From the NCBI GenBank assembly GCA_036563875.1, contig DATCLO010000207.1, positions 74,353 to 138,352 of the forward strand: DNA of 64,000 nucleotides, written 5' to 3'. The stretch is from Cyclobacteriaceae bacterium. GTDB lineage: Bacteria; Bacteroidota; Bacteroidia; Cytophagales; Cyclobacteriaceae. This document shows, piece by piece, positions 25,999-35,919 of this stretch; positions within the stretch are counted from its first letter, which is position 1, and every line of letters begins with the position of its first letter. Below the pieces are notes generated by a model. It was not told where the DNA came from and made no database searches. It saw only the letters and a program-made list of their open reading frames with translations. Made by a program: the position numbers and the translations under genes.

Positions 25999-28926
25999 AT
26001 GAAGGTGTCTGCTTCCCAGCCGTTCCAAATCGTCTATTCGCTGTATCTGCACGAATACCTGGGATTTATCTTCGAGTCCTACGTGGTTCATCTGGACGAA
26101 AAGGGCAAGCTCACCTTCCAGCACCAGAATATTTCAACGAAAAACGCCCGTGAATTCTCCCGCGGGCTGGACGACCGCGACTTCGAACTGATCGAGATTG
26201 TGGATTCTATGCAACAGGAAGCCGTTGTCAAACGGTTCCACAACAAGTTTGTAAAGCCTGAGGAATTTTTTCCCAAGGTTTACGACAAAGAAAAGGGTAA
26301 CCCTGCCCTTCGCGAGGAGATCGAAAACTACATGGAGCGCCGGCGCAGCCGGCTCCTGGAGCGTCTGCGCGGAAAGAAACTGTTCGAAATGGGCAACGAC
26401 GGTGAGCCCACCTGGCGCCGCCTTGAGGTTCTCGACAAAAGGGCGACGATTCAGTTTCACTTTGTCAGAACCGAAGAGCACACGAACTACTATCCCACAG
26501 TATACTATGAGGGCAAGAAACTCGATTTGCTCAACTCCAGCGCATACCTGATATGCAAGGACCCCGCATGGATGGTATTGAACGGAAAACTTTACGGATT
26601 TGAAAAGTATGTCGACGGCAAAAAGTTGCTGCCATTCTTTACCAAGAAGTACGTCGTCATTCCCAAGAATGTCGAAGAGACATATTACAATCGGTTCGTT
26701 GCACCACTGATCGCGAGCTTCGATGACGTGGAGGCGAACGGATTCCAGATAAACAAAAACGTATACGACCCCCTTCCGGTACTGACCCTTTCTGAACTCA
26801 GCGCGGCACCGGGTCCTGACCTTTATGGAAAGTCACCTGAAGACAAGAGCGACGAATCGGGAAAGATACTTTTCGATTTGTCCTTCAAGTACGGAAAGCA
26901 TCGCTTTCGCGGCGACAACCTGGGTCCCGTTAGCGTTACGGTAGAACGCCAGGGCGACGAATACATTTTCCATCGCATCACGAGGCAGACGGAAGCAGAA
27001 AAGAATTTCCTCCACACACTGCAAAAGCTTGGCCTTCCGATGAAGGGCTTCCGTGTCGCGATACCTAAGTCGGAGGCATTCTCATGGCTTAACGAGAATC
27101 GGGTCAACCTACTCAACCTCGGCTTTGAGGTTAGCCAGCCCGAGGCGCGCGACAAGAAATACTTTGTCGGGAAGGCCGTGATCGAAGTCGAGGTAAAAGA
27201 GAGCATCGACTGGTTCGATATACACGCTACCATTCGCTTTGGTGAATTCGAAATTCCGTTCAAGGAACTTCGAAAGCTGATCCTCAGAAAGAAGGTAGAG
27301 TTCAAACTACCCAACGGTGAGATCGCAATTATTCCGGACGTTTGGTTGACGAAGTACGCTGATCTCTTTGCGCTTAGTGAATCGGAAGGCAGCAATGAAA
27401 AACCTGTCCTCAGGAAACACCACCTCAACCTAGTGCGCGAACTCGAGGAAGGCAACCTCGCCAAGGTTCATCTCAGTGACAGGCTGCGCTCACTTACGTC
27501 GTTCTCCGGCATAAAGAATTATCCTGTTCCGCAAGGCTTTGTGGGAGAGTTGCGACCGTATCAAAAGGCCGGATACAACTGGCTGCGCTTCCTTAATGAG
27601 TATCGGCTTGGCGGATGTCTTGCCGATGACATGGGGCTCGGAAAGACGGTGCAAACCCTGGCGCTTCTGCAATCGGAGAAGGAGGCGGGGAACGGAACAT
27701 CGCTCCTCATCATGCCCACATCCCTCATTTACAATTGGGAAATGGAGGCAGCGAAATTTACTCCCTCGCTGAAGGTACTGACGTACACAGGAACACTTCG
27801 TAATAAAGACATCCAGCGTTTCCAGCATTACGATCTTGTGCTCACGTCGTACGGGATTACACGACTCGACGTTGACCTCCTGAAGCAGTTTCCGTTCAAC
27901 TACGTCATCCTCGACGAGTCGCAGGTTATCAAGAATCCGACATCGAACATTGCCAAGGCGGTTAGAGAGTTGCGATCGCGCAATCGACTCGTTCTCACAG
28001 GAACGCCGCTTGAAAATACTACACTCGACTTGTGGTCGCAGATCAGCTTCATCAACCCGGGATTACTCGGTACGCAGTCCTACTTCAGGAATGAGTACCA
28101 GAATCCGATAGAAAAGAAAGGAGACGAAGCGAAGTCGAAGCGACTTAACGCGATCATCAAACCGTTTATCCTTCGCCGTCACAAATCGCAGGTGGCTACC
28201 GAACTTCCGGAGAAGGTAGAGCACATCCAATATTGCGAGATGACACCCGAACAGGAGCGCCTCTACGAAGAAGTCAAGGCGTACTATCGCGGAAAGATTC
28301 TCAACATGATCGACCAGGAAGGCATTGGCAGCAGCCGTTTCATGATCCTGGAAGGTCTTACCAAGCTGCGCCAGCTGGCCAATCACCCGCGTATGGTAGA
28401 GCAGTCATATTCCGGCGACTCAGGCAAGCTCGAGGATATTACGCATATGCTGGAAAACGCGCTTTCGGAAGGGCACAAGGTGTTGGTGTTTAGCCAATTC
28501 GTAAAGCACCTCGGCATCGTCAAGAATTTCCTCAAGTCTGCGAAGATTGACTACGCTTATCTCGACGGATCCAGCATTGACCGCAAGGAGCAGGTTCAGC
28601 GATTTAACCGGGATCCCAATCTCCGAGTGTTCCTTATCTCCATCAAAGCAGGGGGCTTGGGCCTTAACCTGACAGAAGCCGACTACGTCTTTATCCTTGA
28701 TCCCTGGTGGAACCCCGCCGTCGAGGCTCAGGCTGTGGACCGCGCGCACCGCATCGGACAAAAGAAGAAGGTGTTTACCTACAAGTTCATCACCCGGAAC
28801 TCCGTAGAGGAAAAAATCCTTACCCTACAGAAGAAAAAGCTCAAGCTATCTTCAGACCTTATCACCACGGAAGAAAGCTTCATGAAGCAGCTTACCCGTG
28901 AGGACATCGAGCTCATGCTTGATTAA
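25999..28926 (+). CDS. SNF2-family helicase/translocase with long N-terminal bacterial SNF2-associated region
   Basis: 975 aa. Motif I is LADDMGLGKT, motif II is LDESQVIKN, and motif VI is QAVDRAHRIGQ. The roughly 520-aa N-terminal region has no recognised catalytic motif. Confidence 0.9.
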   Translation: MKVSASQPFQIVYSLYLHEYLGFIFESYVVHLDEKGKLTFQHQNISTKNAREFSRGLDDRDFELIEIVDSMQQEAVVKRFHNKFVKPEEFFPKVYDKEKGNPALREEIENYMERRRSRLLERLRGKKLFEMGNDGEPTWRRLEVLDKRATIQFHFVRTEEHTNYYPTVYYEGKKLDLLNSSAYLICKDPAWMVLNGKLYGFEKYVDGKKLLPFFTKKYVVIPKNVEETYYNRFVAPLIASFDDVEANGFQINKNVYDPLPVLTLSELSAAPGPDLYGKSPEDKSDESGKILFDLSFKYGKHRFRGDNLGPVSVTVERQGDEYIFHRITRQTEAEKNFLHTLQKLGLPMKGFRVAIPKSEAFSWLNENRVNLLNLGFEVSQPEARDKKYFVGKAVIEVEVKESIDWFDIHATIRFGEFEIPFKELRKLILRKKVEFKLPNGEIAIIPDVWLTKYADLFALSESEGSNEKPVLRKHHLNLVRELEEGNLAKVHLSDRLRSLTSFSGIKNYPVPQGFVGELRPYQKAGYNWLRFLNEYRLGGCLADDMGLGKTVQTLALLQSEKEAGNGTSLLIMPTSLIYNWEMEAAKFTPSLKVLTYTGTLRNKDIQRFQHYDLVLTSYGITRLDVDLLKQFPFNYVILDESQVIKNPTSNIAKAVRELRSRNRLVLTGTPLENTTLDLWSQISFINPGLLGTQSYFRNEYQNPIEKKGDEAKSKRLNAIIKPFILRRHKSQVATELPEKVEHIQYCEMTPEQERLYEEVKAYYRGKILNMIDQEGIGSSRFMILEGLTKLRQLANHPRMVEQSYSGDSGKLEDITHMLENALSEGHKVLVFSQFVKHLGIVKNFLKSAKIDYAYLDGSSIDRKEQVQRFNRDPNLRVFLISIKAGGLGLNLTEADYVFILDPWWNPAVEAQAVDRAHRIGQKKKVFTYKFITRNSVEEKILTLQKKKLKLSSDLITTEESFMKQLTREDIELMLD

Positions 28927-28958
28927 AACCTTGCATCCCTTTTGTTTCTTATTCCTAT

Positions 28959-29054
28959 CTTTCAACACTTTTCAGGCGGAACACGCCAAGCCTTAAGCTG
29001 AAACTGTCGGGCTTGGGCAACTTTCAACACTTGCGCACTTCAACACATCAACAC
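28959..29054 (+). repeat. 12-nt direct repeat CTTTCAACACTT x2 flanking a hairpin, plus TCAACAC iterations running up to the SDR start codon
   Basis: CTTTCAACACTT occurs at 28959-28970 and 29021-29032. The hairpin is CCAAGCC (28986-28992) with GGCTTGG (29010-29016). CTTCAACAC-ATCAACAC at 29038-29054 immediately precedes the ATG at 29055. Confidence 0.6.
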
Positions 29055-29861
29055 ATGCGAGACAAGGTCGTCATCATCACCGGAGGTTCATCGGGAATAG
29101 GAAAAGCACTGGCTACCGAATTCGGTCGCAGAGGCAGCCACATATTAATTACAGGGCGCGATGGCGATTCCCTCAATCAGGCTGTTGCTGAACTTCGACA
29201 ACAGGGTATCGACGTGGTGGGCTTTCGCGCAGATGTGTCGAAAGAAGAGGATAACCGCCTCATGGCGGAAGAGGCGTTAAAGCATTTCGGCAGGATCGAT
29301 GTCCTCATCAATAATGCGGGCATTTCCATGCGTGCGCTGTTCTCGGAAGTTGACCTGAACGTAATCCGGAAGGTTATGGATATCAACTTCTACGGAGTTC
29401 TGTACGCCACAAAGTATTGCCTACCGGAAATCATCCGTAACAAAGGCTCCGTAATTGGCATAAGCTCTGTCGCGGGCTTTAGAGGGCTGCCCGGGCGGGC
29501 AGGATATTCAGCATCGAAGTTTGCGCTCAATGGATTTCTTGAAGTGTTGCGTACCGAACTTTTGAAGTCAGGCGTGCATGTACTGACTGCCTGTCCGGGA
29601 TTTACAGCGAGCGGTATTCGTCAGCGTTCTCTGACCAAAGACGGAACACCGCAGGGTATCTCGCCACGCAATGAAGAAAAAATGATGACTGCCGAAGAAT
29701 GCGCGCGTCACATTTACAGGGCGACCGTAAAACGTAAACGCCTTATCGTGCTCACGGCGCAGGGCAAACTTGCCGTGTGGTTGAACAAACTCTTCCCGGG
29801 ACTCGCAGACAAGATGGTGTACAAGGTGATGGCGCGCGAAGCCAACGCGCCAATTCGATGA
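29055..29861 (+). CDS. SDR-family oxidoreductase
   Basis: Internal ATG at 29055 gives MRDKVVIITGGSSGIGKA (TGxxxGIG). NNAG and YSASK are the catalytic motifs. Confidence 0.9.
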   Translation: MRDKVVIITGGSSGIGKALATEFGRRGSHILITGRDGDSLNQAVAELRQQGIDVVGFRADVSKEEDNRLMAEEALKHFGRIDVLINNAGISMRALFSEVDLNVIRKVMDINFYGVLYATKYCLPEIIRNKGSVIGISSVAGFRGLPGRAGYSASKFALNGFLEVLRTELLKSGVHVLTACPGFTASGIRQRSLTKDGTPQGISPRNEEKMMTAEECARHIYRATVKRKRLIVLTAQGKLAVWLNKLFPGLADKMVYKVMAREANAPIR

Positions 29862-31775
29862 TTACGTCTTGTTCATCAGCACGAGTTTCGTGTTGTCAGC
29901 TTTACTGATGGCTCTGCGAAACTCAACGTACTCATTGTATTTCTCCGCCGGATACCTTCCTTTCCGAAGATTAAAACGGCGCACATAGACAAGTCGTCCC
30001 TGCTCTACTGCACAGGTAGCCTCATATGAACCGAACATCGTTTCTAACTTAATGGGTTCGGGCAAGTATTCCGGATAAAGGTTCTCTGGAATCTGATACT
30101 CTATCGAATCGATGTGAATAAACCCCCGGTCGATCACGAGATCTGTTTTTCTGTCGGCCACGCGCTCAGGAATGTAACGTGAACGCTCCATCAGATTTGG
30201 AACGAGGAACAATCGCTTGCCGCTTATTGATGCCAGCCTGTTCAGCTCAAGGCTTAGATCCACAACAGCCGCAGGCAGCTTTTCTTTCTTCTCGCTAAAG
30301 CTGAAGTTCTGGAGGTTGAAGCTTGGTATGTCTGTGTTTTCCAGAGCCCAATCCTTCTGGGCATCGAATCGGCCGTTCAGGACGTGACTCAATCCAGTGG
30401 CATCGTATTCAAGTCCGGAGTACGATGTCTTGACAGTTGCCTTCGCATTTCCTGCAGCATCCATGGTGACCCGTGCGTTGCGTACCCGAACGTTCAGGGA
30501 GTCAGGATAACGCACGGTATTCACGAGCTTTCCTCCTTCGTCAGTTATCAGTAGCGCCTTTCTGTCGCCGGTAAAAGTTCCCATGTAACCGAAAGGTCGT
30601 GTTTGGCTCGTGCATTCCAGCCACAACGTGTCGCGCGCTCCAGGCACAGCTACAATAACGTGGTTGGTGCTTTGATGGCTTGGGAAGTCTTCGATCAGTG
30701 GCGGAACATCATCGCCCGCGGCGATGATCGCATAGTGAGCCTTAACGCCGGCTTCCTTCAGCAGCGCTATCATGTAGTTTGAGAGTGCCTTACAGTCGCC
30801 GTATCCGGTCTGATCGACTACTTCAGCGGGGAATGGTTGAAGTCCCCCGATGCCCAGCGAGATGTTTACATACCGGGTCTTACTCTGGAGGTATTGATAT
30901 AAGACCCTTGCCTTTTCTTCGTCGCTGGTCAATCCTCGCGTAAGTTCCGCGACCTTTGCTTTAGTAGCCGCCGGGAGCTTATCGCGGTCTTTCGCCAGAA
31001 GGGCGAACCATTTTCCATACTCAGTCCATGTAGACATGTCGCCAACGTATCCCGCATACTCAAAGTGAGTAGGTGCAGCCAGTATACCTGGCCACAGCTC
31101 TTCCGGGTGAGGACCATCGGGTTCCCGCTCAACGGCCTTTATATTTTCGAATGTCCAGGTGAGCGATACCATGCCATCCTTGAGGGTTTCCCGAACGGGT
31201 TCCTGTTGCAGGTTGATCAGTCGGTATCGCGGTTGCAGGTCAGGGGGAAAGACAAGGCTGTAGATGGCTTTCTGAGTTGACCGGTGACGCGTTGAAAACC
31301 AGCTGTCTGGTATGTCGTACAGGTATTTGTATTCCTGCTCGTATTCAAACTCGACGGTATAGGGATATGTTGCGGATGAAAGGTCCGCAATCTTTACACG
31401 ATCATCGCGATACAATGCAACGCCATCGTTAATACTTTGATCCTTGATCTCGCTATTCTTGAGCTTTCTGATCTGAACTCCGGCTGAATTGTAGACGGCT
31501 CCCCGGAAGTAGTTGATCTTTATCAGCTTGTTATAATGCACCGCTTCAACGGCATAACGCGAACCCTTACTATTGAGTACCGTCACCGCGAATTTCACGG
31601 TTAGCACCGCACTGCTCCTGGAGAGAACCTTAAAGGTCATGGCGTCCTCGCGAACGACGACGTTCGCGTTCTTCATGAGTTCTTCAGGAATGTCCTTTAC
31701 AGGATAGCCATAATCCGCGGCTCCCGCGAAAGATGGAATCAGGAGTATGAAAACGAGTATCCTGAGTACTCTCAT
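29862..31775 (-). CDS. secreted DUF3857 + transglutaminase-like cysteine-protease-fold protein (Cys/His retained)
   Basis: 637 aa with signal peptide MRVLRILVFILLIPSFAGA. The core is GYGDCKALSNYMIALLKEAGV...TNHVIVAV...LWLECTS. Confidence 0.75.
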   Translation of the reverse strand: MRVLRILVFILLIPSFAGAADYGYPVKDIPEELMKNANVVVREDAMTFKVLSRSSAVLTVKFAVTVLNSKGSRYAVEAVHYNKLIKINYFRGAVYNSAGVQIRKLKNSEIKDQSINDGVALYRDDRVKIADLSSATYPYTVEFEYEQEYKYLYDIPDSWFSTRHRSTQKAIYSLVFPPDLQPRYRLINLQQEPVRETLKDGMVSLTWTFENIKAVEREPDGPHPEELWPGILAAPTHFEYAGYVGDMSTWTEYGKWFALLAKDRDKLPAATKAKVAELTRGLTSDEEKARVLYQYLQSKTRYVNISLGIGGLQPFPAEVVDQTGYGDCKALSNYMIALLKEAGVKAHYAIIAAGDDVPPLIEDFPSHQSTNHVIVAVPGARDTLWLECTSQTRPFGYMGTFTGDRKALLITDEGGKLVNTVRYPDSLNVRVRNARVTMDAAGNAKATVKTSYSGLEYDATGLSHVLNGRFDAQKDWALENTDIPSFNLQNFSFSEKKEKLPAAVVDLSLELNRLASISGKRLFLVPNLMERSRYIPERVADRKTDLVIDRGFIHIDSIEYQIPENLYPEYLPEPIKLETMFGSYEATCAVEQGRLVYVRRFNLRKGRYPAEKYNEYVEFRRAISKADNTKLVLMNKT

Positions 31776-31778
31776 GGA

Positions 31779-33797
31779 TCACAACTTCTTTAAAACGATT
31801 TGTCCGGATTGTGAAGCTACTACCTGGTTGTAGAATTCCCTGAGGTTAGGGTATTCAAGCTGAGTATAAATTGCCTTGTTGACTGTCAGAATGCTTGTCA
31901 CCGTTATCACGTCTCCGTTGACCGCGGTGTTGAGAATGTACCGGGCCGACTTGTCGGGCAACACAAAGACTTTGGGTTTTGGTACCTCCTCGATTGTGTA
32001 GCCTTGCGGTACCTTGACTTTGAAATTAAGCGTCTTCTCGAAAGGATAACCGAAATCAACAGGATACTCACGCTTTTCCAGCTTGAACGGATTCTCCCGT
32101 TCCGCATTCAACAGCATGGGATCAATGTACAAAACGTCGCCTGTGCTTACTACGCCTTCATCGGTGGCGACTTCATACTTCTCTACGAATGGCTTGGTGA
32201 TATCTTCAGCGGCTTCAAAACTCTTCGTCCTGATTTCCCAATCACGATCCGCAAGCAACGTTTTCACATATGCATCCTCCCCGTCGCGCAAGTAGGATGC
32301 GCGGCTCTCGTGCGCGTAATAGCCGTCGAGCATACGCGAGAGGGAATAGACAGCTTCGCCTTCTTCATCGAAATGCAGTTCAGCCATCGCGACCGTCCGG
32401 GACTTTGTCGTTGGGCTTAAGTCAATCCACGAATTTCCCGTTCCGTTTATAACAAGACCCTTTCCGTTCAGGCAGTTGCGTGGTAACACCCCTGGAGGCA
32501 ACGATTTATGGGTCGCGTCAAGCACAATGTACTTTCCGTCAACGAGTACAGCACACGCTGTATAGTTGAATTGCGACAGCAAAGGAAAGGTCTCGCGAAC
32601 AAAACCATTATCACGCGTACTCAGTACGATGGGATACGCCGTCAATCCTGCCTTCGAAAGCATGCATGCCATGAGCAGATTGATATCAGCCGAAGATCCT
32701 TTGCCGTCATCGTGTACCTTCTTGAGTGAGCCTTGCGAGAAGATCCGCTTACGACCGTCCCACTCGACCTTGTTTTTCACGTAGTTGTGAATGGCTGCAA
32801 TCTTTTCATTGGGAGTAGGTGCTCCCGCAGTTGCCGATTCGACGATCTTGCCAAGAAAGGCATTGCCCTTAAGTTCACCACCTACATTTTCATGCTCCCA
32901 AAGCTTCTTGTTGATCTCGTCCCATGTACCAAGAATTTGCTGAACCTGACTATTGGGGAATTTTACATAGGCAAGCTCAAAATTGATCTTTGAGATATAG
33001 TCCTTGTAGGTAGTGATGTAGGGCTCTTCCTTGAACGCAGGCACGTCCTTGGCCACAATCCTCAGATAGTACTCCTTATAGTCTATGCGGCTTTGGTCAA
33101 ACGTGCTGGGTGTGCTATAGTGTCGTACAGCCTGGCTTAATGTGATCGTCCGCGGAATGTAATTTTCTTCGTGAGTGGCAACGGGTATATACCCCTGCAT
33201 GTACTTTTCGTAATGGAAGAAGTCGGGTATGTGCACGCGGTATTCGCTCCATACAACGGGAATCGTCGACTGAAAGGCCCAATCCTGCAGGTTTTGAATG
33301 TAGTTTGTGGTTATTGTATAGGTAATCTCGACTACTGACCCTTCCCTCACATCTGCCGCGGCCACTTTTATAACATCATAATTCTCATTGTAAGCCTCCT
33401 GAAATATCGCGTCGTTGGATGCTTTCGTTTCCGCGATCTTTCCGTTCACGAGGTTATAGGTAACGACCCTTAATCCGGAAATCTTCTCGCGGTATTCGCT
33501 ACTTCCTGTGTACAACGGAATCTCGAAGTTTGCGTGGTCATAACCATCGCTTTTCAGAATCTTGATCCGAGTGAGGCGCTCAAACTCAAGGAAAAAGCCC
33601 AGGTTCTGAGTATACTTCACGTAAGATTCACCGAAGTCGTACAGGACAACAGCGGCGGCCGAGGAATCGAGTGCATACTGCGACATCTTTACTTCTTCGA
33701 GTGTGACGTCGCCAAATTTGGTTGGTGGCTTTTGCGCAAATGATTCAACGAAATTGAAAATCACACACAACGCTACCAAAGCATACGCTTTGAACAT
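31779..33797 (-). CDS. secreted DUF3857 + transglutaminase-like paralogue with substituted catalytic positions
   Basis: 672 aa with a signal peptide. The equivalent core is GKGSSADINLLMACMLSKAGL...FNYTACAV...IVLDATH, where Ser replaces Cys and Tyr replaces His. Confidence 0.7.
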   Translation of the reverse strand: MFKAYALVALCVIFNFVESFAQKPPTKFGDVTLEEVKMSQYALDSSAAAVVLYDFGESYVKYTQNLGFFLEFERLTRIKILKSDGYDHANFEIPLYTGSSEYREKISGLRVVTYNLVNGKIAETKASNDAIFQEAYNENYDVIKVAAADVREGSVVEITYTITTNYIQNLQDWAFQSTIPVVWSEYRVHIPDFFHYEKYMQGYIPVATHEENYIPRTITLSQAVRHYSTPSTFDQSRIDYKEYYLRIVAKDVPAFKEEPYITTYKDYISKINFELAYVKFPNSQVQQILGTWDEINKKLWEHENVGGELKGNAFLGKIVESATAGAPTPNEKIAAIHNYVKNKVEWDGRKRIFSQGSLKKVHDDGKGSSADINLLMACMLSKAGLTAYPIVLSTRDNGFVRETFPLLSQFNYTACAVLVDGKYIVLDATHKSLPPGVLPRNCLNGKGLVINGTGNSWIDLSPTTKSRTVAMAELHFDEEGEAVYSLSRMLDGYYAHESRASYLRDGEDAYVKTLLADRDWEIRTKSFEAAEDITKPFVEKYEVATDEGVVSTGDVLYIDPMLLNAERENPFKLEKREYPVDFGYPFEKTLNFKVKVPQGYTIEEVPKPKVFVLPDKSARYILNTAVNGDVITVTSILTVNKAIYTQLEYPNLREFYNQVVASQSGQIVLKKL

Positions 33798-33893
33798 GAC
33801 AGGATCTTATAATTGAAAAATCAAATAATGTAAATTAACACTTTGTCCCAAAACCCACAAACCTGGACCTCACGGGCTTATGTAAGGTTTTTA

Positions 33894-33901
33894 TACCTTT
33901 G
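33894..33901 (+). promoter_or_regulatory. -7 promoter box (TACCTTTG) for radA
   Basis: Exact TAnnTTTG. It overlaps the track's TTG at 33899, which argues for the downstream TTG start at 33920. Confidence 0.5.
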
Positions 33902-33919
33902 AGGCTAAAATGTAACCGC

Positions 33920-35296
33920 TTGGCGAAACTCCGATCTCTCTTTTTCTGTCAGCAATGCGGCTACGAGTCGCCCAAGTGGCTCGGCAAGTGCCCTGCGTGC
34001 GGCTCCTGGAACACTTTCGTGGAAGAAATTGTCCAAAAACAAGATGCAGGTAAAACTGACTGGCGTACGACTACAGGCGGAACGCAACGCGTAGCGCAAC
34101 CGAAACGACTCAACGAAATTGGTGAAGGAACGGAAGTACGCCTGATCACCAGGGACAACGAACTGAACCGGGTCCTCGGAGGTGGGATCGTTCCCGGATC
34201 ACTTATCCTCATCGGCGGCGAGCCTGGCATTGGTAAGTCGACCCTCATGCTGCAACTCGGAACCTCGCTATCGGGAAGAAAGACGCTGTACGTCTCCGGT
34301 GAAGAGAGCGAGCAACAGATCAAAATGCGGGCATTACGCATGGGGATCAACGGAAATGATTGCTACATCCTCACGGAAACACGAACGCGTAATATTTTTC
34401 AGGCCATAGAATCGATTCAACCAGACCTTGTTGTTATCGATTCTATTCAGACACTGTATTCGGACCTACTCGACTCTGCTGCAGGCAGCATTGGACAAGT
34501 GCGACAATGCGCCGGCGAGTTGCTGAAGTTTGCCAAGGAATCCGATACGCCCGTCATTCTCATCGGCCACATAACGAAAGACGGTTTGCTGGCAGGACCT
34601 AAAGTCCTGGAACACATGGTGGACACGGTCCTTCAGTTTGAAGGAGATCGACATCTTGTGTATCGAATCCTGCGGACAGTGAAGAATCGCTTCGGGCCAA
34701 CCTCTGAGATGGGCATCTATGAAATGCTCGGCAACGGCTTGCGTCAGGTATCGAACCCTTCTGAAATTCTGATATCACAAAAGGATCCTAACCTGAGCGG
34801 CATCACGATCGGAGCCACTATTGAGGGAAATAGACCGCTACTCATAGAAGTACAGTCGCTCGTAAGTCCCGCAGCCTATGGCACACCTCAACGTACTACA
34901 ACCGGATTCGATCAGAAGCGTCTAAACATGTTGCTGGCTGTGCTGGAAAAACGATGCGGCTTCCCCATGGGTCGTTATGATGTCTTTGTCAACATGGCGG
35001 GCGGCATCAAAGTAGAAGACCCGGCGATCGACCTCGCCCTGTGCGTTTCCCTGGTCTCGTCGCTGCAAGAGATTCCCGTCTCTGATAAAGTTGCGTTTGC
35101 GGCCGAAGTGGGTCTTGGCGGAGAACTTCGAGCCGTACAACGCGCTGATCAACGAATTTCAGAAGCAGAAAAGCTGGGCTTCAAGGAAATTTACATCTCC
35201 AAATACAACAAGAAGTCCGTCGATCTTGAAAAGCCTCGCATTAAGATCAACGCGCTGGGCAAGTTGCAAGAGGTTATTGAATATTTAATGGGATAA
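33920..35296 (+). CDS. radA: DNA repair protein RadA
   Basis: The TTG at 33920 gives MAKLRSLFFCQQCGYESPKWLGKCPACGSWNTF, the canonical RadA zinc finger. Also has GGEPGIGKSTL, KNRFGP and a Lon-like C-terminus. Confidence 0.95.
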   Translation: MAKLRSLFFCQQCGYESPKWLGKCPACGSWNTFVEEIVQKQDAGKTDWRTTTGGTQRVAQPKRLNEIGEGTEVRLITRDNELNRVLGGGIVPGSLILIGGEPGIGKSTLMLQLGTSLSGRKTLYVSGEESEQQIKMRALRMGINGNDCYILTETRTRNIFQAIESIQPDLVVIDSIQTLYSDLLDSAAGSIGQVRQCAGELLKFAKESDTPVILIGHITKDGLLAGPKVLEHMVDTVLQFEGDRHLVYRILRTVKNRFGPTSEMGIYEMLGNGLRQVSNPSEILISQKDPNLSGITIGATIEGNRPLLIEVQSLVSPAAYGTPQRTTTGFDQKRLNMLLAVLEKRCGFPMGRYDVFVNMAGGIKVEDPAIDLALCVSLVSSLQEIPVSDKVAFAAEVGLGGELRAVQRADQRISEAEKLGFKEIYISKYNKKSVDLEKPRIKINALGKLQEVIEYLMG

Positions 35297-35313
35297 CGGT
35301 GAATTGACCAAAC

Positions 35314-35919
35314 ATGGAAACTCATTTTCTCTCCAACCTTGGAATTCCGGAAGAGGTCTATCGCTACGTGCTGTTGCCGCTGCTGATTTTTGCAGCCCGC
35401 ATTGCAGACGTATCGATCAATACCATCCGGATCATTTATGTCCTCGGAGGCCGGAAGGCGACGGCAACCATAATGGGTTTCTTCGAGTCGTTCATCTGGC
35501 TGATGGCGATACGACAGATCTTTCAGCACCTCGACAACTGGGTGTGCTACGTCGCCTATCCGGCCGGATTTGCCGTCGGTATCCTGGTGGGCATGATCAT
35601 TGAAGAGCGCATTGCCTACGGAAAGGTGATCGTCCGGATCATCACCCGAAAAGACATCGTGCCTCTGACGACGTTTCTTACGAAATTGGATTTCCGCTAT
35701 ACTTCCCTCAACGCTCATGGCCGCGACGGCGCGGAAAATGTTGTGTTCACTGTGCTTGAGCGTGAGCGTCTCGATGAGTTGCTCGAGTTTCTGCAGCAAT
35801 CCCTGCCGACAGCATTCTATACAATTGAAAAGGTCAATCGCGCTTCTGACGATTACGCGCTTGCAAGCGCCGGTCGAAGCGGCATTCTTTCGTGGCTTCG
35901 TTCGATACGACGCGATTGA
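35314..35919 (+). CDS. DUF2179 / UPF0316-family membrane protein
   Basis: 201 aa with an N-terminal 3-TM part (ARIADVSINTIRIIYV) and a C-terminal small soluble domain. Confidence 0.75.
   Translation: METHFLSNLGIPEEVYRYVLLPLLIFAARIADVSINTIRIIYVLGGRKATATIMGFFESFIWLMAIRQIFQHLDNWVCYVAYPAGFAVGILVGMIIEERIAYGKVIVRIITRKDIVPLTTFLTKLDFRYTSLNAHGRDGAENVVFTVLERERLDELLEFLQQSLPTAFYTIEKVNRASDDYALASAGRSGILSWLRSIRRD

Noticed and set aside
25999-28926. SNF2 helicase as part of a DISARM- or BREX-like or other defence system.
   Set aside because: There is no adjacent methyltransferase, DUF1998, PLD nuclease, phosphatase or other partner. The flanking genes are housekeeping, and no mobile-element hallmarks are present.
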